A stretch of DNA of 64,000 bases, from contig NC_083278.1 in NCBI RefSeq assembly GCF_963506605.1, positions 31,744,001-31,808,000 of the forward strand, written 5' to 3'. This DNA is from Zootoca vivipara. Taxonomy: Eukaryota. The notes under the pieces were generated by a model that had not been told where the DNA came from, made no database searches, and saw nothing but the letters and a program-made list of their open reading frames with translations. Below are positions 1 to 10,426 of this stretch, piece by piece. Numbering within the stretch: the stretch's first letter is position 1; every line of letters begins with the position of its first letter. Both the position numbers and the translations under genes were made by a program.

Positions 1-1048
1 GAACCATATTATTCAGCCTTACTGGCATTATCTTAGCTCTCCTCATATATGGGATTTTATTCTGAGATAGTGTCATTCCATCTCTAATATTTCTAAGCCT
101 TTTAGCAACCTTTTCCACGTACATCCTGCAAGTGCCCTTTTATAGAGTGGCTGCCCTTTTAAAAGTCAGATATTCCTTCTTTTCCTGTCTTATTCTGCTA
201 CTAAGATTTAAAATTCCAGCTCCTTTATGATCAGTATTTCTTAGCATCTCAGCACTTTTCCTTGAAGTTAATTTCACAAAAATTAAGGATTGCCTCTCCT
301 TTTATGGAGCCCAGAATTAAATGTCCCAGAAAGCCATCATGATATCTAGTCATTTCTTCTCTGTCCCATAATCTGTTCCATACTTCACAAAACCATTGTA
401 AGACAAATGCAAGCAACCCACTGTTACTTTGTGTATTTGCCATCAGACAGACATTGGTCAGGCAGCTCACAATACATCTTTCACCTTAGTCATAAAGGTC
501 TTAATAAAGCTGTGTTTGAACATATTTGCGACAATAATAGGACTGTGCTGTGAATTTAATAAATTATATATGCTACATACGGTATTTACATGTGATGTCA
601 ACATGGCAATGAAAGTTGCACAAGTATACCAAACATTTTATATCTATGTGTCTAGGATTTCATGTAAATGGGAACTTATTGGATCTGACCCGCCAGCCAA
701 CCAGGTTCCCCACACCTGGTCTACAGGGAGAGGAAAACATCCCCAGTAGGTCCTACAATATGTACATGGAGGCGGAAGCCAGATTTCTCAGCTGCAGGGC
801 AACAGAGCTCGGAAAGCTTTGAGTCTTCAGGGAGTGCCTGAAGATAATCTGAAGTGCCTGAGATAATCTGTGAGTTAGGATGACAGCAACTGGGTAATGG
901 AATTGGTTAATCAAGCACTGGTGACCACAACGTAGTTTGCTACTCACTCTGCACAGTATTTATTTTATATTGAAAATTAAGTTTTCAGTAAATATATTTA
1001 GTTCAACGTTAAAATAAATATCCTGGTCTGACTTCTCTCATACCTATA

Positions 1049-1464
1049 CAGTGGTACCTCGGTTTATGAACACAATTGGTTCCGGAAGTCTGTTCATAAA
1101 CTGAAGCGTTCATAAACTGAAGCGAACTTTCCCATTGAAAGTAATGGAAAGTGGATTAATCTGTTCCAGACAGCTTAAACTGAAGCGTTCATAAACTGAA
1201 GCGAACTTTCCCATTGAAAGTAATGGAAAGTGGATTAATCCGTTCCAGATGGGTCCGCAGAGTACTTAAACTGAAGCGTTCATAAACTGAAGCATGGGTG
1301 TAATTGGTTCCAGAAGTCTGTTCATAAACTGAAGCGTTCATAAACTGAAGCGAAATTTCCCACTGAAAGTAATGGAAAATGAATTAATCCGTTCCAGATG
1401 GGTCCGCGGCGTTCATAAACCGAAAATTCATAAACCGAGGTGTTCATAAACCGAGGTTCCACTG
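1049..1464. mobile_element. Tc1/mariner-type MITE with internal tandem subrepeats
   Basis: TIRs CAGTGGTACCTCGGTTTATGAAC / GTTCATAAACCGAGGTTCCACTG, TA on both sides; interior built from AAACTGAAGCGTTCAT units. Confidence 0.9.
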
Positions 1465-1614
1465 TAGTCTATAGAGACACTACCAGAAAGGGTTGGTGGC
1501 AGTGGAAGATATAGAAGAAGGGTAGACAATGTGGTACACTCTGGATAGGATAGGTATAATGGGAAGTGTAGTACAACATCTGGATGGCACCATGCTGGCT
1601 ACTCTGGAAAAAGA

Positions 1615-1815
1615 GCCTGGGAGACCAGGGTTCAAATCCCCACTCAGTCATTAAGCTCATTGGGTGTCATCAGGTCAGTGTCACCATCTTTCAGTCTGAC
1701 CTACTTCACTTGGTTTCTGTGAGAATAAAATAAAGGATCTTTCAAACCATGTACACTACCTTGGAGGGGGGGAAATGGGAATATAATTGCAGTGAATGCA
1801 ATACATAAATAAAAA
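1615..1815 (+). mobile_element. Squam3-like tRNA-derived SINE, degraded
   Basis: B-box GGTTCAAATCC, body CCTACTTCAC...GTGAGAATAAAAT, AT-rich tail. Confidence 0.6.
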
Positions 1816-2232
1816 AAGGTAATCAGTTACACGCACCCACCCAGGGTTAAACAGTGGTGTGAGGTTTTTTTTAAGGTATAGATAATTTACATTTTGGTAT
1901 GGTGCAATCTCCCACAAATAGGTAGTTGTGGGAATGATCCTGCATGTAAGGGTAGTGGAAGGAAAGCAAATTATTCCCTATTTGGTGGATAAATCAATAA
2001 GATGAATAGATCTTTGATAGTCAGTGTCAGGAAGGTAGGGTTTTTCACAGGAGGTGGAGTGATCTTTCACATTTGCTAGCAACTGGTGAGATTTAAAGAC
2101 CTAACAGTCACAAAGTAAAGGCAGAACAATAGGACTGGAAAAGGGAATCTACCACCTCAGCATAACAACCAAATGCACAAATAATGTCAAATAAATGAAC
2201 ATATAATAACACTTGATCTTTAAGATATCATA

Positions 2233-3008
2233 TCCTCCCTCAAAGAGGGCACGTGTTGCGATGAGACCTGGCAACAAAAACCCTTGTGTTGTGGGTGGGT
2301 ATGATTGGATAGCCACAGCACCCGATTAGTAGGTCCCTTGATGCTGGGTTCAATCTGACCAATGGGACGCTAGTCAAAATGGATCAAGGGACCTATATAT
2401 GCCAATGCACGTGACCCTGAGCTTTCTCTCTTGGTCAGTGCATCGGAACACCCGCCCACCCCTCCCTATATTTAGGGCTTGCGCGCTTGACCTTGCTATG
2501 CTGTCGTGTGTCGTCTGTCATTGGGACAGGGGCACAGCAGGAATTTCCCCCACTTGGCTGATTGGCTGTCACCATTTGGGTTTCGCCTGCCGCGTAGCAA
2601 ATCGTCACAACTTGTAAGGTTGTGGATAGGCTCTGGTTCAGGTGATAAGGATGGGGGTATGCTTTCACCATCCCTATGTGAAGGGGTATTCTGTTAAAGG
2701 AATCCAGGGACTCAGTGGTTTGGTCAACCCTGCGAGGGGTTGTGCCTGAGTCCAGGGGGACATCTAGGTGGTGGACATAGCATGTCCCCGGCTTTCTGCC
2801 ATTCCAGGTGTTCACCCTAGGCTGACCTATGATGCTCTGGGTCAGCACTACCTGTCACGGTGCAGGGAGCTAGTCGAACCAGAGCCTATGCAATCACTCA
2901 CTTGCTGTAATCAATAAAGTTGTGGCCTAAATTCTGCCAAAAACCAAACCAAAATTTGAGTCTCTTCTGAATTTATTTAAGGGGGAGGTTTAAAGGTCTT
3001 CACACACA
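2233..3008 (+). mobile_element. Unclassified LTR-like element, copy 1 (possible Ngaro/YR-type remnant)
   Basis: Collinear with 43093-43863; CCAAT boxes, TATA-like at 2394, AATAAAGTTGTGGCC at 2913; no clear TSD; exact ends uncertain. Confidence 0.75.
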
Positions 3009-3118
3009 AATGATGCCAGAGTGGTGGGATGTTATGAAGGTTCAAAATTTGCAAATTTACAGGTGGGGTTAGAAGCACAGGGTAATAAAATCATTCACAG
3101 ACTAAAAGATTAAATGTA

Positions 3119-3507
3119 AGGTAAAAAGGTAAAGGTAAAGGACCCCCGGAGGGTTAGGTCCAGTCAAAGGAGGCTATGGGGTGCGGCACTCATCTCGCTT
3201 TTCAGGCCGAGGGAGCCGGCGTTTGTCCACAGACAGCTTTCTGGGCCATGTGGCCAGCATGACTAAATTGCTTCTGGTGCACGGAGGACCATGACGAGTG
3301 CCAGAGCGCATGAAAATGCCGTTTACCTTCCCACAGTAGCAGTACCTATTTATCTACTTGCATTGGCATGCTTTCAAACTGCTAGGTTGGCAGAAGCTGG
3401 GACAGAGCAATGGGACTCACCCCATCACACAGATTCAAACTGCTGACCTTTTGATCAGCAAGCCCAAGAGGCTGGGTGGTTTAGACCACAGTGCCACTTG
3501 CATCCCT
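3119..3507 (-). mobile_element. Sauria SINE
   Basis: tRNA-like head at the right end, (ACCTTT)n tail, TSD TAAATGTA at 3111-3118 and 3511-3518. Confidence 0.9.
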
Positions 3508-3579
3508 GAATAAATGTAGCACCACTGGTGCTACCAGTGGGATAAAAGAATAGCTTCATCGTGCCCAACCTTCCTGTAA

Positions 3580-3690
3580 GGGGCTTAGGGTAGCACATAT
3601 GGTTCTTCTCCACTTCCTACTTTATCTTCACAACCACCATGTGGATAGTTGAGGCTGAGAAAGGTTCTGGCCCATGGCCACCAGTAAGCT
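3580..3690 (-). mobile_element. Squam3-like SINE fragment
   Basis: TTTATCTTCACAACCACCATGTG...GGCTGAGA body motif. Confidence 0.45.
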
Positions 3691-4290
3691 ACACAACTGG
3701 GTGCAAAAGCAGAAAGCCAACAAGGCCAACCACATTCTTTGCAATCCAATCAAATGCACTTTTAAAATGTCTACTCTCCTATCTGCACTTCAGAAGAAAA
3801 AGGAATATGCACAACATATATATTGGAACAGACACAGACATGTGATAATTAGAAAAGATATTTTGGGTGTAATAGATTGTTCTATATTAAGCTATGGCCA
3901 AGCATTAGGCCTAGTACAGAACTTTTCTTGGCTTTAAAAGATATGCATGAGTAATGAGTCTAGAGACAAAGATTTTTCATTCTTTTACAGGAGCTATTGC
4001 CAAAAGGTCATGTATAATTAAAAGTTACACATGGAGGGGGTGGGAAAGACTTGTGGCTGGGATTGAAATGGAGTGCCAATCAAAAGGCTACAAAAAGGTA
4101 GCAATTTGATTAATGAAATAAAATCAATATAGGCACAGTAATGGTTATTACCTATAATTTAAGTATTTTAATTAAAGAACCATAGCAATTAAAGATAAAA
4201 ATAATAATTACATCTATACTCTGGAAGACGATACGGTTTCCTTCAGACTCTTTCCCATTGCTATTTTTAAGCTTAGCTGCAAAATCTACT

Positions 4291-4595
4291 TACAGGTAGG
4301 TAGCCGTGTTGGTCTGAGTCGAAACAAAATAAAAAAATTCCTTCAGTAGCACCTTAAAGACCAACTAAGTTTTTATTTTGGTATGAGCTTTCGTGTGCAT
4401 GCACACTTCTTCAGATACACTGAAACAGAAGTAACCAGACCCTTATGTATAGTCAGAGGGTGGGGGGAGGGTGATGGGAATGGGTGATGGGCTGATAGGA
4501 GTGGTAAACCTGTTGATGGCTGTTAACGACTGCAATTGGTCTTGCGGGAAAAAGCAAGGGCTGAGGTGCTAAAGAAAGCTAGATCATGTATAATG
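4291..4595 (-). mobile_element. Penelope-like element 3' end (pLTR) carrying a hammerhead motif
   Basis: ACAGGTAGGTAGCCGTGTTGGTCTG...GACCAACTAAG terminus repeated at 56315-56491; contains the hammerhead core. Confidence 0.8.
4381..4418 (-). ncRNA. Minimal type I hammerhead ribozyme (PLE-type)
   Basis: Minus strand reads GTAT-CTGAAGA-A-GTGTG-CATG-CACAC-GAAA-GC-TC-ATAC: 4-bp stem I, complete core, 5-bp stem II, palindromic minimal stem III. Confidence 0.85.
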
Positions 4596-4692
4596 AGATT
4601 AAAAAAACATGTTGAGAAAGACTACCAAAATGCAGCTCATAAGCTAGGAGAAGCCCTTACTAATCGGGGCTACCCTGATTACATTATACAAG

Positions 4693-5208
4693 ATGCATAC
4701 AAACGCGCCGACAGTCGTAATAGGGAAGAGTTACTTGCAACACCATCTGACAACACCAACAGAAAATCCCCCCCGTTTAGTTATGGGGATGGATTTCACT
4801 CCCCTAGCCCATCACATCAGAAACATAATATACAAACACTGGCAGTCTGGCACATTTGTGGAAGACATTCCTGGCTGTAAAGATCCCCCGCTCTTAGGGT
4901 TTAGAAAGAAAGGGGCCCTACGCAATCAATTGGTAAAAGCAGATTGCCTAGAATCGTCATCTATTATTACCAAAGGCCACTATAGGTGCGGCTCCTGCAA
5001 TTTATGTCCTTACAGTTTGCCAGTTAAGGAGATCAGGAGTGAACACACTCGGTTCACCTTCAAGATTAACTCGATGACAACCTGCAATTCCAATTCTAAG
5101 AATGTTGTATACTGCATTCGGTGTCCCTGTAACAAACTGTACATAGGAAGCACTACGCGACCACTTAAGGTTCGCATAGGGGAACATAGATCGCGCTTCC
5201 GTAACTAA
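4693..5208 (+). pseudogene. Penelope GIY-YIG endonuclease fragment
   Basis: NVVYCIRCPCNKLYIGSTTRPLKVRIGEHRS; frameshifted relative to the upstream ORF and interrupted by a stop. Confidence 0.85.
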
Positions 5209-5555
5209 CTTATGGAAGCCCCGCTCACACCTCACTTCCTACAAAAGAAGCATAGTGATTCCGACTTCATGTTTTTTGGCATCTGGCAGTATACCCCTAA
5301 AAATACCATAAACAGGATATTTTAAAGATTCTCAGGCAACAAGAAACCAAATTGACTTTCATGCTTAAAACGTTACAACCGCATGGCCTTAATTCAGAGC
5401 TTGATCTTTCAGTATTCATTTAATCATACACCAACTCTGTAAGTCTTTTCAGTACTTGAATTCTGCCTCTCCCTCCCTAATTGCTTATCTCCCGGGAAGG
5501 AGTTTCCTGTGTGTGACTCAAACAGAATAATCTTGCTTAGGCCACCATATTCTAC

Positions 5556-6106
5556 TCTAACTAAGAACATAAAGAACACAAGATGTGTAAGTATTAATTT
5601 CTGATATGTTTGGTTTAGATATCTGCTCTTAACAATGTGTAGAACTGAAATCAGTATCCTATTTTTGCTGTTAGTGAATTTGGAAAATTAACCAGAAAAC
5701 ACTGGGACTTAAGCCCAAATAAGAAACTGTACTTTCACTGTAAGTATTGTTTGTACAAATTCGCTTGTCCAAACACCAATTTAGATATACTAACGAACTT
5801 AATTTGAATGTATTAAAATAACACATTCTAACTAAGAATATAAAGAATACAAGATGTGTAAGTACTAATTCCTGATGTGTTTGGTTTAGATATCTGTTCT
5901 TAATAATGTGTATAACTGAAATCAGTATTCTATTTTTGTTGTTAGTGAATTTGAAAAATTTACAAGAAAACACTGTGGCCTAAGCCTAAATAAGAAACTG
6001 TACTTTCACTGTAAGTATCGCTTGTACAAATTCGTTTGTCTAAACACCAATTTAGATATTTTGTTTGAATACTAACGAACTTTAACTTGAATGTATTAAA
6101 ATAACA
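5556..6106 (+). repeat. Two-copy tandem duplication, period about 271 bp
   Basis: TCTAACTAAGAA...GTATTAAAATAACA starts at 5556 and again at 5827. Confidence 0.9.
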
Positions 6107-6113
6107 GAAAGAA

Positions 6114-6176
6114 GATACCACTGAAGAAGCCCACTACTGGGCGAAACAGGTCCTAAACGCCGGCAACCTGTCTGTC
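6114..6176 (+). ncRNA. Hammerhead ribozyme motif with extended stem III
   Basis: CTGAAGA-A-GCCCA-CTAC-TGGGC-GAA-ACAGGT-(14 nt)-ACCTGT-C; GTC cleavage triplet at 6170-6172; stem I weak. Confidence 0.7.
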
Positions 6177-6254
6177 GCGTCGTTGCTGACCCACCCTGTA
6201 TCGCATGAACTTGGCGTTCACCTTATTTCCTGTTAATACACAGTTGGACTAGAT

Positions 6255-6390
6255 CAGGCATCTCCAAACCCAGCCCTCCAGCTGTTTTGGGACTACAGTT
6301 CCCATAATCCCTGACCACTAGTCCTGTTGGCTAGGGATGATGGGAGTTGTAGTCCTAAAACATCTGGAGAGCCGAGTTTGGGGATGCCTG
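6255..6390. mobile_element. hAT MITE
   Basis: TIR CAGGCATC...GATGCCTG, palindromic body, 8-bp TSD GACTAGAT; inserted in a CR1-like tail. Confidence 0.9.
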
Positions 6391-9300
6391 GACTAGATGA
6401 TCCTATGATAGGTCTACGATTCGACAAGGGCTCTTTTAATGTTTTTAATACTCTCACCAGCATTTAGGCCATCAGCTGTTTCTAGCAAGCATACACAGTG
6501 CCAGAGGAGTGCATTGGGTATTTCTTCAACATCATTTTAAAAGCTTTTGCCTCCACTTTGCCTGTCTCTGTTATCATGGAAACATGTGTACCTTGAGAGC
6601 AAGACAAACTGTATAGAAAAAATAATGAGTTGGTCGTCTTGTAGGAAGCAGATTTCTCGCATCCTAGCGTTTATATAGCAGAAGAGTGGATACTTTTAAT
6701 GTGTTCCTATCTTGCTCTTGTGTAATTGCCGGGCTTTTATTCCTTTAAGATATCCATGCTGCATGGCTGCAGATAATTTTGAGGCTGTTGATGACAATGC
6801 TGTCTACAATGGATAGGCACTGGAAAGGGATGTTCATCATAATTCAAATCTCTGGTGAGACATCCTTTGTAGTTCTCCTTTTCAACAGCGGTATTAAATA
6901 AATAGTGTCAAATGTGACAGTCTGAAAACCTTTTGAAAACTAACAGTATTTTCTTTCCCTTTTTATCAAAAAAAGAGAGGAAAAACAGGACTTCACAATA
7001 GGTGCTGAAGTACTACACAGCATGCAGGGCTGATTTTATTTTTATTGATGTGCTTGTGATCTCTTTCAGCATAATCACATTGGAGTGTACCCACGAACGC
7101 TTTTGCAAGAGACCCGTCCAGGGCCTGGTTTTCTTTAACTGCATATTCACCTTTAAAGGCATGCAAGTGCATGTAGTGTGTATGTGTGTGTGTGTGTGAG
7201 TAAGAGAGAGAGAGAAACAACAAGAACAACAACAACAAAACAACAACACAGACAGATAGATATGTTAGTGCTATTGGGCACACAATCTATCCTCTCGCAT
7301 CCTCAGACCATAAATGTTTAAACAATTAATATATACATGCACAGTTGACACGGAAAAGAATGGCTAAACACATGGGCAGTACCAGGAGAGCAGAGAATTA
7401 TTGCATCATGCTCACAAGCAGGCCTTTACATGTGCAACAGAGAAGCATTTTGCTGCAGAGATGGTGGGTGATAACGTTTAAAGAGGGCAACACAATGAAT
7501 TATTGCAGAGAACTGAAGGGCAGTGTCCTCCTTTTATATCTCTATGCACTCTTCTTCCTCTAAGCAGTGATGTTATGCATGTTCTTGAACTCAAATAACC
7601 TGGATAGTCCTGGGCAGAGATACAGGTGACATGTGTGCAGACTCAGCAGACTTTGTGTGTTGCTTACATGCACAACATGGTCTGTACCGAGGTTGAAAAA
7701 TGAGCAAGATAGGGTTGCCCAAGAGTTTTTATCAAAAGCATTTTAACCCCACCTTTCTTCGCATACTTAACGGTGGCTAACAGAAGACAAGAACAAGAGG
7801 ATAATGCAACACTACCTCTGGAAGAAAACAAAATACAGAAAAAACTGTCCAATTTCAGAGTTTAAACACTAAAGTTGAAAAACTACAGATGAACCAAATA
7901 AGAAGGCGCTGGTTTGCACCATCCTAGTCCCTACCTGGTCTATCTCCTAGCAAGCCAAGAGTGTGTGTGTGTTGCTTGCCCGTGTCAGTTTTCTTGTCCA
8001 GTAAGAGATCTACCTGCAGGAAAGTGTGTGTACTGTTTAGTGTGTTTGGATTGGACTGCTGGCTAAATGAGTGTAATCTAGAACCTACCTTACTATAACA
8101 ACAGGCCCTGCTATAGGTAGAGATGGCATCCCAAAGGGGTTAACCTGCCCTCCTTGGGCAGTTAGGGTATAGAATTGTAGGCCAGGTACTGTCAGAAAAA
8201 GGCCCATGACCCTCACCCAGGGGGAAAGCCTGGTTGATGGGAAGTTTGGTTTGGTGCGGTTCTCCCTGAGTGAGAGGCATGGAGAGGAGTGTAGTTGTGG
8301 ACTTTAATGATGCACCAACTCTCATGTTGTTAAGTTATATTACATTTCTCCTTCTAATTGGTAACTGCATATGATTGGAATGTATTCAAATTCGTCAGTT
8401 AGCTGGTTTAAGCAAATGCATGCTTCAGGGCAAAAGTAGCTGTGTTTAGACCAATTATTTAGTGAAATGAATGCAATTTCTCCAGGAAGAAATATGTAGC
8501 AAATAATTAGGTTACTTATTTGAGAAGTGTTGAAACTGTTATATTTTGGGGGGAAATCCCCCTTTTTATTTATTTAGACAGAACATAATTATGCGACATA
8601 AAGCTCTCATGAACAATGATATTTTAAAATGTCATTTTGAGTGAGTATGGTGAGTAATATGGTAATCAATGGTGAAAGCTGATTATTGAAAATACAACTG
8701 TTGTATTAAATCACTGGGAAAGGAGGGGCATGCTTAATTTTATACCAAAGCAGGGGTGGCTAGTTGCAGTGGCAAGGTGCAGGGCACAAAGCAATAAGGG
8801 CAGATTAGGGATGCAACAAGACTTTTTTTTTTTACCGTCTGTATGAATGAATGAACGAATTGCTGTGAAGATATTTAAAATATCTCGGATCTAGATAGAA
8901 TGAAGGTGCCCTTCACAATGTAAGAAGCTCTAGAATAAGCCGCATGAACTAGTCCCAAAGCACCCAGGAATCAGCAGCAATGGAAATTAGCACCTGGTGG
9001 GGGGGGGGGTAGGGAGGCACACATTTCTAAGTAGGGACATGATGATAAGTCTCTGCCTGGGATTTGTTTCAAGTTAAAAAGGGCGATGGAGGAAGATCTT
9101 TCAGACATGCAACAAAATCCTAAAGACATTTCCTCAAAAGAAAATTCCATAGGATTTAGTGGGGCATGAGTAGGCACACAAGAGGATTATGCTGGTAATA
9201 GGAACTCTGCTTTGTGTTATAACAAAATTATGCTGGAGCAAAGAAACAAAATATGTGCTCTCCTTGAAAGGAGCCTTAAACAGAGGGTCTTTTTTTTGTT

Positions 9301-9857
9301 GGACCAGGACATCCAGATTTCTTGTAAGGCAGTTTTTTTTTCTAATGCAGCAGTTTTTAAATTTGCTTTTATTTCTAGTTATGCAGTACATTATGACATA
9401 GCGAGGCAGCTAGATAGATAAGGCTTCACTTAACGTTCTATAGTTTCTATTTAGAGGTGTTTTTTTTAAAAAAAGATACTGCAAAGGAATATAAATATTT
9501 TCATAGAATATAAGAACTAACAACTTTCTTTAAAAAAAATGGCTACTTTCCCCCTGGAGACACAGGCTTGCCTGGAGCAAATTGACCTCTTTCACCCAAA
9601 GCAAGAAGCGTACCTACCCTTAGACCACAAAACCAGAACTAAAAAGCAAAAAAGCAGTTTGATTTAATGTTCCTATTATTTTTTCGCTGATTCCTCCCCA
9701 CACTTGCTGCTCCTTTGACAACGTTTCACACACACACAACATACACACCCTTTGGTTGCTACTTGTCTATCTGGATTCACTACACAGATGGCACCAACTA
9801 ACAGTAGCATGATGCAACTAATAGTAGCATCAGGATGCCATGTAGCCAAATTTGGCT

Positions 9858-9909
9858 GCTGGGAGTTGTAGGCCAAAACATCTGGAGGGCCGCAGTTTGG
9901 GGATGCCTG
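9858..9909. mobile_element. Half copy of the same hAT MITE
   Basis: Matches the right arm of 23668-23804. Confidence 0.7.
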
Positions 9910-10362
9910 GTGTAGAGCCACGAGGAACATCCCATCAACACAAGGATATCTCTTTGTGTAATGCAACATTTCCTCCTCTCTGCAAATCCTGAATTTGTTC
10001 TGGTGGTTATCCCACCGCTCTGGAGCAGTTTTCGGAATAATATGGGGCATGCACAGTGGGAAGAGAAAAGAGTAAATCCTATTGGGCTAGCACAACTATT
10101 TAGTTGAATATCGCTCAGTTGTTTATATATGGAATTATTTGATTTTTGGGGAACAATTCATAATTTTTTTCTATGTCTTAAAGCACCTCAAAACCTCGTC
10201 ACATTACATAGCTGCCATCTTTTTCGATGGAGTCTGCCAAAGCAAAAGTAAATACTGAATCCCCTTTACTGTAATGGTTGCTTTTCTTTTTTTACCATGA
10301 CTTTTAACAGAAGTTTTTGTTTTTAAAGTCTGGAAATATAATGGTTAGAGTTATGCTAGTTC

Positions 10363-10365
<3 letters not shown>

Positions 10366-10423
<58 letters not shown>
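10366..10423. repeat. (GA)n microsatellite
   Basis: About 29 units. Confidence 0.95.

Positions 10424-10426
<3 letters not shown>

Larger units (their letters stand above)
4596..6230 (+). mobile_element. 5'-truncated Penelope-like retroelement (Neptune-like)
   Basis: RT-thumb/linker remnant (RGYP..I..AY.RA), Cys motif CGSCNLC, GIY-YIG endonuclease, AT-rich 3' region ending in a hammerhead motif; right end approximate. Confidence 0.85.

Noticed and set aside
1049-1464. Regularly spaced repeats resembling a CRISPR array
   Set aside because: Vertebrate DNA, the spacers are themselves repeated, and the block is enclosed by TIRs and TA flanks, so it is a MITE
2399-2848. ORFs within the LTR-like element
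   Set aside because: Not preserved in the same form in the second copy and contain no recognisable domain
8040-8300. GC-richer stretch that might be an LTR fragment (also 680-960)
   Set aside because: No termini, TSD or second copy in the window
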